The notes under the pieces were generated by a model that had not been told where the DNA came from, did not search any database, and worked only from the letters and a program-made list of their open reading frames with translations. 64,000 nt of DNA from an uncultured virus (IMG/VR IMGVR_UViG_3300034062_002168). Taxonomy: Duplodnaviria > Heunggongvirae > Uroviricota > Caudoviricetes. The stretch lies in the IMG/VR virus record IMGVR_UViG_3300034062_002168; one strand, 5' to 3'. Of the stretch, positions 57,106-64,000 are shown piece after piece. Position numbers and translations under genes: made by a program. How positions within the stretch are numbered: the first letter of the stretch is position 1; each line of letters opens with the position of its first letter.

Positions 57106-58374
57106 ATGGATTACAAGCCATCCGACTCCCTCCCATACCAGCTTACGGCCATTCACTCCATGCTCTGCGGAGGGCTGGATGAAATGGTCGGCACCCTGAG
57201 CGACGAGCACTTTGGTGACGAACGGGCGCTGACCATCTGGAGCAACTGCAAGAAGATGCGTCTGTCCGGGTACGAGGTCACTCCACAGTCAGTCCGTGAG
57301 TTCGTTCTGGCAGAAGCCGGTGATACCGATGCCGCAGCATTGGTCGATGAGGCCATAAACTCGCCGCTGATCAGCACGGCGCTGGCTGTACGGACCCTGA
57401 CCACCATGAGGGCCAGACAGCTTGCCTCAGATCTTGGAAAGTACCTTGTGAGCCAAGACGCCGCCAAGGATGGGGTAGAGGCCGTGGTGTCCAAGATCGC
57501 CCGCTTCTCCATGTCGTACAGCGTGATCACCTCGGAGCAGTACCAGACCTTGGGTGACTTCATGGCGAACATCGACAAGCCGGGAGACAAGCCACTGATC
57601 ATCACTCCGGGCTTTGGTGAGATCGACAAGCACCTCCGCTTCCGACCCGGCACCATGAACTTGCTGGCCGCTCCCCCGGGCGTTGGCAAGACTGCCACCC
57701 TGCTGAACATGGCGGTCAACGCTGCCTACCAAGGCCACGCATCTCTGACGATCAGCTTAGAGATGCCAGCCTATGACCTGAACGCACGGTTGACGGCCAT
57801 TATTGCTGGTGTATCTGCCTTCAACGTGAAGGAGAAGAGCATGAGCCAGCAGGAGATAGACCATGTGCTTTCCGTCCGAGAGGGGTACGCCAACATCATT
57901 GACAGGGTCGGCTTAGTAGCCCCGGTGAGGATGCACGTAGACGCCCTGCTGGCCGAGATATCCAAGTGGCAGAAGGAGAAGGACATCAAGATCGTGTTCG
58001 CGGATTACGCCCAGCTTTTCGGATCATCTGGCAAGAGCGAGTACGAGGAGGTTACGTACATCAGCAAGGTCATCATGCAGACGGCCAAGCTGGCTGGCAT
58101 CCCGATAGTTGCCGTCTCCAGCACAAGGAGGAAGGGTAAGGACGAGACTGGCGGACCTTCGATGCACGATCTTCGCTCCTCTGGAAAGCTGGAGTACGAT
58201 AGCAATACCATCACCATGGTGTCACGTAACAAGGACAACAAGAACATCCTCCAGATGGACATTGTGAAGAATAGGGACGGAGGACTTTTTGGCTGCGATC
58301 TGTACTACGACTTTATCACGCAGCGCATTAGGGCCAACGATCCGGTTCCGTTCACTCCAAAGGCATCGGCATGA
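57106..58374 (+). CDS. dnaB: DnaB-like replicative helicase
   Basis: Walker A AAPPGVGKT, ISLEM, FADYAQL, DLRSSGKLEYDS, IVKNRDG. Confidence 0.92.
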   Translation: MDYKPSDSLPYQLTAIHSMLCGGLDEMVGTLSDEHFGDERALTIWSNCKKMRLSGYEVTPQSVREFVLAEAGDTDAAALVDEAINSPLISTALAVRTLTTMRARQLASDLGKYLVSQDAAKDGVEAVVSKIARFSMSYSVITSEQYQTLGDFMANIDKPGDKPLIITPGFGEIDKHLRFRPGTMNLLAAPPGVGKTATLLNMAVNAAYQGHASLTISLEMPAYDLNARLTAIIAGVSAFNVKEKSMSQQEIDHVLSVREGYANIIDRVGLVAPVRMHVDALLAEISKWQKEKDIKIVFADYAQLFGSSGKSEYEEVTYISKVIMQTAKLAGIPIVAVSSTRRKGKDETGGPSMHDLRSSGKLEYDSNTITMVSRNKDNKNILQMDIVKNRDGGLFGCDLYYDFITQRIRANDPVPFTPKASA

Positions 58375-59570
58375 GCAGCCACCGCTACGCATTCGCCCAC
58401 AAGCTGCCCAAGCGTAGCTGCCCCTCATGTGGAGAACGCCGCTTGCGCACCTACCTAGACCTGACCACTGGAGAGGAGTGCGACACGAAGTATGGAGTAT
58501 GCGACAGGAAGGATGGGTGTGGGTACTTTCTCGCCCCAAGCAAAATAGCCAAGGACTACGAACCAAAGAAGAAGATGCAACCACCACCTATTCGTCGAAC
58601 AAGCTGGCGCTGCCCCAGCAAGTACGTGGACTCCACGTTGCAGCACACCAACAGCAACACACTCCTCAACTGGCTACGATCATGCGCTGGGGTTGAAGCA
58701 GACGCCGCGTGGGCACAGTACCGCATCGGCACCTATCCACCGGGCAGGCGCACCGAACTGATGTACGCTACGTGCTTCTGGCAGATCGGTGGCGATGACA
58801 TGCCACGGTCGGCCAAGATCATCCCCTACCACCACAACGGCAAGCGGGTGAAGGAACTTGGTTCAACGTGGATCCACTCTGTGATCACCGCCACGCCAGA
58901 GAACCCACGGGGAGAGTCCATGGACGCGCTGGGTATAGGCCAGTGCCTGTTCGGAGAGCACTTGCTTCGCCAGCGACCTGATGCCTTGGTGGCCGTAGTC
59001 GAGAGTGAGAAGTCGGCGGTCATTGGTGCCTGCTTCTATCCAGAGGTGGTGTGGGTGGCAACCGGAGGCTCTAACACATTTACCGTGGAGCGTTGCATGG
59101 CCTTGGCTGGCCGGAATGTCGTGGTCTTCCCAGATGCTGGGATGTACGAGGACTGGCTGGCTCACTCCATTGACATCTCGCTCATGTGTGAGAGCATGGT
59201 GGTCAGCGATATCCTCGAAGCCATGGGCGTTCCCAAGGGCGATGACATTGCTGACTACCTGATCCACGAGCAGGATGGGCAGTACATTCAGGTGGTGGAT
59301 CTGTATTGGATACTGACGCCGACCGTCACTACTCCCGCAACTATCCCGCAACCATTGCAGGATACGACTCCGGCCGACCCACAGCGCCAACGTATCGACG
59401 CTTGGACCAACAACGTAGCCCAGCCGTGGGGTAATCAGCAGTTCATGCAGACCATTGCCAAGTCACCAATGGCTGAGATTTTTGAACGACCAGCCATCAA
59501 GGAACTGGATAGGATATTTGATCTGGACAAGGCTAACGCAACACTCAAACCATACAATGGAACGGCATAA
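58371..59570 (+). CDS. Zn-finger plus DUF6371/Toprim primase-like protein
   Basis: CPSCG...GVCDRKDGCGY; CFWQI; QCLFGEHLL; VAVVESEKSA; VFPD; GDDIAD. Confidence 0.8.
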   Translation: MSSHRYAFAHKLPKRSCPSCGERRLRTYLDLTTGEECDTKYGVCDRKDGCGYFLAPSKIAKDYEPKKKMQPPPIRRTSWRCPSKYVDSTLQHTNSNTLLNWLRSCAGVEADAAWAQYRIGTYPPGRRTELMYATCFWQIGGDDMPRSAKIIPYHHNGKRVKELGSTWIHSVITATPENPRGESMDALGIGQCLFGEHLLRQRPDALVAVVESEKSAVIGACFYPEVVWVATGGSNTFTVERCMALAGRNVVVFPDAGMYEDWLAHSIDISLMCESMVVSDILEAMGVPKGDDIADYLIHEQDGQYIQVVDLYWILTPTVTTPATIPQPLQDTTPADPQRQRIDAWTNNVAQPWGNQQFMQTIAKSPMAEIFERPAIKELDRIFDLDKANATLKPYNGTA

Positions 59571-59808
59571 AGGATACCTACCAAACATGGAGCACGGGAT
59601 AATCGTCTGGTATAAGACCACGAGGACCAAGGCCATATCCGTGAACCTGAAGACCGGTGTTGAACAGCGCATTGGATCGGCTATGGAAAGCATCCAAACC
59701 AACACCTCGGACTACGAGGAAGCCTGCAAGCAACTGGACCGACGCCTATCCAGCCCCAAGGCTGATCCACAGGTCAAGGCTGATCCCAACCAACTCAAGC
59801 TGCTGTGA
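59557..59808 (+). CDS. Hypothetical protein
   Basis: ATG 59557; C-terminal QLKLL resembles a beta-clamp-binding motif. Confidence 0.55.
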   Translation: MERHKGYLPNMEHGIIVWYKTTRTKAISVNLKTGVEQRIGSAMESIQTNTSDYEEACKQLDRRLSSPKADPQVKADPNQLKLL

Positions 59809-59993
59809 AGAAGAAGGCCACCTGTAGCTACTGCAACGACACGGGCTGGAGTGTACGGGCCTATCGGTTCGGCTGGCACGTAGCCGGGCACAGTGGCCTG
59901 TTCCAGAAGGGAGAGAAGGCGTATCAGTGCCCGTACTGCGAGAAGCCGGTCGATGCACCGAAACCACCAGAGGGTATGTTCGGTCAGAAATAG
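59805..59993 (+). CDS. Small Zn-finger protein
   Basis: CSYCNDTG...CPYC. Confidence 0.55.
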   Translation: MKKKATCSYCNDTGWSVRAYRFGWHVAGHSGLFQKGEKAYQCPYCEKPVDAPKPPEGMFGQK

Positions 59994-60010
59994 TTAGTAC
60001 CTTTGATGAC

Positions 60011-60502
60011 ATGGCGATAACAGAAGAACAGCTCAAGGCTATGAAGGGCCGAGTGAAGAGCAAGGCTACGGGAGTGGATGTGATGATAGGCATCGACCCC
60101 GGCACCCATACTGGCTACGCGGTCTTCCACGTTCCCCTCAACACGCTCACCGAGGTCACGTCCATGGGCATAGTGAGGGCTATGGAACTGGTGTACGCCA
60201 CCCACAAGACCTACAAGGAGATCGGGAAGGTGATCCACGTCTACGTAGAGGACACCCGCAAGCTACGCCTACCCAAGGCCATGCAGTCCAAGGGCAGGGA
60301 GCGTGGTGCCGGGTCGGTAGCGCGTGACATGTCGATCTGGGCCGAGTTCCTCGAGTATCACAACATCCCACACACCATGTGCGGGCTGTCTCCCAAGGAG
60401 TTCCGGCAGTCCACCGACGAGTGGTTCAGGAAGAAGACGGGGTGGGACAAGCGGACGAACGAGCACGGACGCTGTTCTGCGGGATTGATCTGGAACCGAT
60501 GA
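60011..60502 (+). CDS. RuvC-like Holliday junction resolvase/nuclease
   Basis: IGIDPGTHTGYA, VYVED, TNEHGRCSA; promoter box at 59998-60005. Confidence 0.75.
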   Translation: MAITEEQLKAMKGRVKSKATGVDVMIGIDPGTHTGYAVFHVPLNTLTEVTSMGIVRAMELVYATHKTYKEIGKVIHVYVEDTRKLRLPKAMQSKGRERGAGSVARDMSIWAEFLEYHNIPHTMCGLSPKEFRQSTDEWFRKKTGWDKRTNEHGRCSAGLIWNR

Positions 60503-60954
60503 CCCTCAAGCGCAAGACCCCACTCCGGCCAAAGAAGGCCATCAAGGCCAAGAAGCCGTGCGTCACCGTGGAGCAGATGATGTCCTCCGGCCTGCTGGCC
60601 CGTGGATCAACCTTCTCCAGCAAGCCCAAGCGGATCAAGCCACGGGCGGCGAAGAAGCCGGGAGGCAAGACCCAGATGGAAGTGTTCCAGCAGATCTGGG
60701 ACGAGCGTGATCACGTCAGCGAGGTGTCCGGGCAGTGGCTGGGGGATGAGATGCAGCCAATCTTCATGAGTCACTGCCTGCCGAAGGGTGCGTACCGTAA
60801 ATACAAGTTTGACCCACGGAACATAGTGCTACTTACTGCGGAAGAGCACGAACTATGGCACCTCAAGGGTCCGGAGTCACTTAGCCAGTTCGATGCGTGG
60901 AAGCCCATCTGTGACCTGTACTTCGAGTTAAGGGACGAGGCCAACAACGTGTAA
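60499..60954 (+). CDS. HNH/NinG-like nuclease
   Basis: MTLKRKTPL...SHCLPKG...NIVLLTAEEH. Confidence 0.6.
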   Translation: MTLKRKTPLRPKKAIKAKKPCVTVEQMMSSGLLARGSTFSSKPKRIKPRAAKKPGGKTQMEVFQQIWDERDHVSEVSGQWLGDEMQPIFMSHCLPKGAYRKYKFDPRNIVLLTAEEHELWHLKGPESLSQFDAWKPICDLYFELRDEANNV

Positions 60955-61018
60955 AGAAACTGGCCAAATCTTTACATGTGTTCGTCAACATGTAAAGATT
61001 TGGCCAGTTTCTTTACAC
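60949..61018. repeat. Perfect 31-bp inverted repeat with an 8-nt spacer
   Basis: GTGTAAAGAAACTGGCCAAATCTTTACATGT (60949-60979) and its exact reverse complement (60988-61018). Confidence 0.95.
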
Positions 61019-61026
61019 AACGCAAT

Positions 61027-61060
61027 AAGCCCCGGCAGTTACGCCGGGGCTTCTTTTATT
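61027..61060 (+). terminator. Intrinsic terminator at the convergent junction
   Basis: AAGCCCCGGC-agttac-GCCGGGGCTT followed by CTTTTATT. Confidence 0.8.
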
Positions 61061-61069
61061 GCCGTACCT

Positions 61070-63478
61070 CTACGCTGCCCAGAGTTCGACTCCAGTGCAG
61101 CTAAGGTTCAGTGTGTTGAAGATAGTGGGACTACCGCCGAACAACTGGCTGATGGTTGTTGGTGTAGGCAGCAGGATGGTGATATCCGCGGCCGCTGCGT
61201 TAGTGGTGAACGAACCCACCACAGTGTTCAGGTTGCTGGCCAGAACGAACTGACGGTTACCGTTGGTCCTTACAGCGTTGTTCAGCCATCGGGAGTTGGC
61301 ATTCTCCCTGATGATCGCCCCTTTAAGCACGATCCTGCGCACACCATTGATGACTGGCGAAAGCACTTGGTTGGCATTGATGGCGCTGGCTGGTCGGCTA
61401 TCGAACTGGGTGCTGTAGTTCGGGCCGGTGATGCTTCCAGCCTTCCATGGTGCACTGGCTAGGTTCACGCACCCGGGCAAAGCCACAGGGTTCAGCCCGT
61501 TGAACGTTACGCTGTACAGCGGAGTTGGGCCGGGAGGGGGTGGAGGCGGCTCCACATTCTGCACGAGCAGGTTCGCAGTCCCCACGATGGCGTTCACCGT
61601 GTACCGAACCACCACACTGCCGGGGGCCGTAGTGGTCACCAGACCTGTGCCCGAGATGGTAGCGGGTCCGGAGGCAATGCTCCACGTACCGCTGGCCGAC
61701 ATCGGGACCCCGTTCTGGTCGAACACCACCGCAGTTGCCTGCACCGTTCCACCGAATGGAATGGTGCTGCTTGACAGCGTCACGTTGATGGTCGTGGGAA
61801 CAGGGGGCTGTGGGGCTGGGTTGTTTGCAGTGAGTGTATTGCTTCCACTTACCGCGCCCTGAGAGTACTGAACGAGGATGCCACCGGCAGACAGTGCCGT
61901 CACTACACCTGCCCCGGTGATGGTAGCAGAGCCAGAGACGATGCTCCACGTACCGGCGGGGGTGATGGTGTTGCCGAACTGGTCGGTCACAACAACAGAC
62001 GCCTGAGAGGTCTGCCCCAGCACCACAGCGGTCGGGTTTAGCGACACCACGATGTTCGTGGGGATGCCAATGGGGGGAGGAGGCGGGGGCGGAGGAGGAA
62101 CGGAACCCTCTCCTGCTGGAGGAGCGATCGTGTAGGGAGGGGTGCCAGCTTGGTTGTCCCATGCGCCGATGAACGCCCCGGTGTTGTTGTCCACCGCCAG
62201 CGTACCCAGACGACCGGTGGCCATGTTGGTCACCAGCACGGGCTGGAAGAAGTCCGAGATCAGTGCGCCACCAAGCTCACTGGTCCAGCGGAAGTTCTTG
62301 ACGCGGGTGCGGAAGTACCCGTTCTTGTTGAACTGGCCGGACAGCGCGTCATTGATCCACATCTTGCGGTTGAACACGTCGTGCAGCAGTCCATAGCAGG
62401 GGCCGAACAGCGCGAACATGTCAACGGACACCTGACAGGAGTTCGACAGGGTTCCCGTGTTGTTGAAGTCGGCGTTGATGCGGAACATGCAGTGAGGAGC
62501 ACCGTTCACGGCGGCGTACTGAATGTGGCCGAATGATGCCTGCACCCACCCCTGTGCGTCCATGACCATCGTTCCCTTTCCAACCGGGCGGTTGGGGGCA
62601 GGGCCGGTCTCGCTCTTGTACCACGAGCAGTGGAAGGAGGTCGAACCAACGCGACCGTAGCCACCCTCCACACGGAACACAGCGGGGCACTCGTCGCTCT
62701 CCACGCTGTTGAAGTTGTGCTGGCCACCACCCTCCAGCCAGAAGGCCGCAAGGTTGTTGTTGAAGCTGGCCGCTTGGCCGTAGTTCACGTAGGTTCCACG
62801 GACGTGGTGGAATCCAGCCCCCTCAAAGTCATCGGCGAACACGTTGTGGATGAAGGCATTGCTGCCCATGTCCCACACCTGTACGCCGCACTTCAGAAGC
62901 AGTGGGTTGTAGACGTTCGACGCCTTGTTGCCCACCAGTCGCATGTTGAGCAACTGGAACGCCTCGTTGTATCCGAACAGGTTCTCGTCGCCCCATGTTC
63001 CGGACTGCCAGATGGCGTCCTCGTCGTCACCCAGCCAGCGGGCCTGATCCAAGTGGAGGGAGGTTGATCCCTGACCGAACGTGCCGCCAAAGTCGGGGCC
63101 GTTGGTGAAGAACTCGCTGGACCCCTGACCCGAGTAGATGCCGAATGCAAGCGGCAATGGGAAGTTGATCTCGTAGCGACCGGCGGGAATGTTGATGTTC
63201 ACGCGGCTCTGGCAGGTGGCCGTGTAAGCAGCAGCATGGCCAGACCAGATGGCATCGCTGATAGCAGCGGTCATGCAAGTGAGTTGCATAAAGGTGGTGA
63301 TGTTGCCACCGATGGCCTGCCATCGTGCCCAGAAGTACTGGAATGCTGCCTGTGCTTGGGCTTGGCTGAACCCAGCGTCCGTCAGGGTATCGTTTCCGAT
63401 TCGCCAGTCAAACTGTGCCCCTAGTGGAGTGGTGTACTCCTCTAGGATATTGTAGTACATCTGGTTGTTGCGCGTCAT
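61070..63478 (-). CDS. Beta-helix plus tandem Ig-like domain protein (receptor-binding or decoration)
   Basis: INIPAGRYEIN beta-helix start; poly-Pro linkers; two ~85-aa similar Ig-like repeats; promoter box at 63497-63504. Confidence 0.75.
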   Translation of the reverse strand: MTRNNQMYYNILEEYTTPLGAQFDWRIGNDTLTDAGFSQAQAQAAFQYFWARWQAIGGNITTFMQLTCMTAAISDAIWSGHAAAYTATCQSRVNINIPAGRYEINFPLPLAFGIYSGQGSSEFFTNGPDFGGTFGQGSTSLHLDQARWLGDDEDAIWQSGTWGDENLFGYNEAFQLLNMRLVGNKASNVYNPLLLKCGVQVWDMGSNAFIHNVFADDFEGAGFHHVRGTYVNYGQAASFNNNLAAFWLEGGGQHNFNSVESDECPAVFRVEGGYGRVGSTSFHCSWYKSETGPAPNRPVGKGTMVMDAQGWVQASFGHIQYAAVNGAPHCMFRINADFNNTGTLSNSCQVSVDMFALFGPCYGLLHDVFNRKMWINDALSGQFNKNGYFRTRVKNFRWTSELGGALISDFFQPVLVTNMATGRLGTLAVDNNTGAFIGAWDNQAGTPPYTIAPPAGEGSVPPPPPPPPPIGIPTNIVVSLNPTAVVLGQTSQASVVVTDQFGNTITPAGTWSIVSGSATITGAGVVTALSAGGILVQYSQGAVSGSNTLTANNPAPQPPVPTTINVTLSSSTIPFGGTVQATAVVFDQNGVPMSASGTWSIASGPATISGTGLVTTTAPGSVVVRYTVNAIVGTANLLVQNVEPPPPPPGPTPLYSVTFNGLNPVALPGCVNLASAPWKAGSITGPNYSTQFDSRPASAINANQVLSPVINGVRRIVLKGAIIRENANSRWLNNAVRTNGNRQFVLASNLNTVVGSFTTNAAAADITILLPTPTTISQLFGGSPTIFNTLNLSCTGVELWAA

Positions 63479-63528
63479 GCCTTAGGCTTTGAAGCCCAAA
63501 GGTACGCAACTACTTGTAAGTCAGGTGG

Positions 63529-63882
63529 TTACAGAAGGCCAACCAGACAGATCACGAACACGGAGATCTCGACCACCTTATCTGACAGGCTGGTGGATAG
63601 CCCCATGCTTTCATCGTAGGTCAGTTCGTAGGTCGTGTCCCACAGGGTATATCCGATGGGAATGAGCAGGAAGGTCTGCCACCCGAAGCCAAGCGACACT
63701 AGCGAGGCCGACACCAGCAGCAGCAGGAAGCCCATCTCGACACCGATGGTGATCTTGGTGCCGGTGCTCTCGTAATGCGCCTTGGCGTCAGCGGCGTCCA
63801 TCTTGGCCTGCGTATTGGCGTGGGCGTAGGTCAGCACCACGTACAGCAGGATCATGAACAGCTGTGCCAGTGCTATGGTCAT
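63529..63882 (-). CDS. Multi-pass membrane protein
   Basis: ATG 63882, ATGA-coupled to an upstream partial gene; about 4 hydrophobic segments. Confidence 0.6.
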   Translation of the reverse strand: MTIALAQLFMILLYVVLTYAHANTQAKMDAADAKAHYESTGTKITIGVEMGFLLLLVSASLVSLGFGWQTFLLIPIGYTLWDTTYELTYDESMGLSTSLSDKVVEISVFVICLVGLL

Positions 63883-64000
63883 TTGGCCGAGTTGATCACG
63901 TTCACCGCCACGACACCAACCAAGCAGACCGACCCAACAATGACGAACGTCTTGCCGATGGTCGCCCAAGCCTTTAGCCCGTCCCTCTTCTTCTGGCACT

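Noticed and set aside
60949..61018. Protelomerase (telRL) site
   Set aside because: No protelomerase gene in the window and the repeat has an 8-nt non-palindromic centre; kept only as an unexplained repeat
1..64000. Stop-codon reassignment (alternative genetic code)
   Set aside because: Long genes are intact under the standard code, TAG, TGA and TAA all act as stops, and no suppressor tRNA was found
1..64000. CRISPR array, DGR/retron, integrase or transposase
   Set aside because: No regularly spaced direct repeats, and no reverse transcriptase, tyrosine/serine recombinase or DDE transposase motifs recognised

Overview
The window is a large part of a dsDNA tailed-phage genome, GC-rich by eye. 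The host is very likely in Bacteroidota: about 20 intergenic TAnnTTTG/TAnnTTCG (-7 type) promoter boxes, no Shine-Dalgarno motifs, and a DUF6371-type primase. Bases 1-32 kb (minus strand) hold a podovirus/crAss-like morphogenesis block: terminase, portal, scaffold, major capsid, three ~250-aa ring-like proteins, a 1522-aa tail protein, two probable ejection proteins and a 3798-aa multi-enzyme 'polyvalent' protein. Bases 32-39 kb hold a glycosyltransferase, small paralogs and tail-fibre genes. Bases 39.4-40.9 kb are largely non-coding and heavily structured, with one atypical tRNA, four ~100-nt stem-closed units and a ~550-nt candidate large ncRNA. Bases 41-61 kb (plus strand) hold small early genes and a replication block (SSB-like, DnaA-C-like HTH, DnaB, primase, RuvC-like, HNH-like). 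Tail genes resume at 61-64 kb. The clearest unannotated signals are a complete type I hammerhead ribozyme whose core contains a gene's stop codon (49757-49809), the ncRNA/tRNA island, a recurring 25-bp palindrome beside promoters, a minimal tRNA-like element and a perfect 31-bp nested inverted repeat. No CRISPR array, integrase, reverse transcriptase or DNA/RNA polymerase was recognised. All protein family calls come from motif recognition by eye, not database searches.
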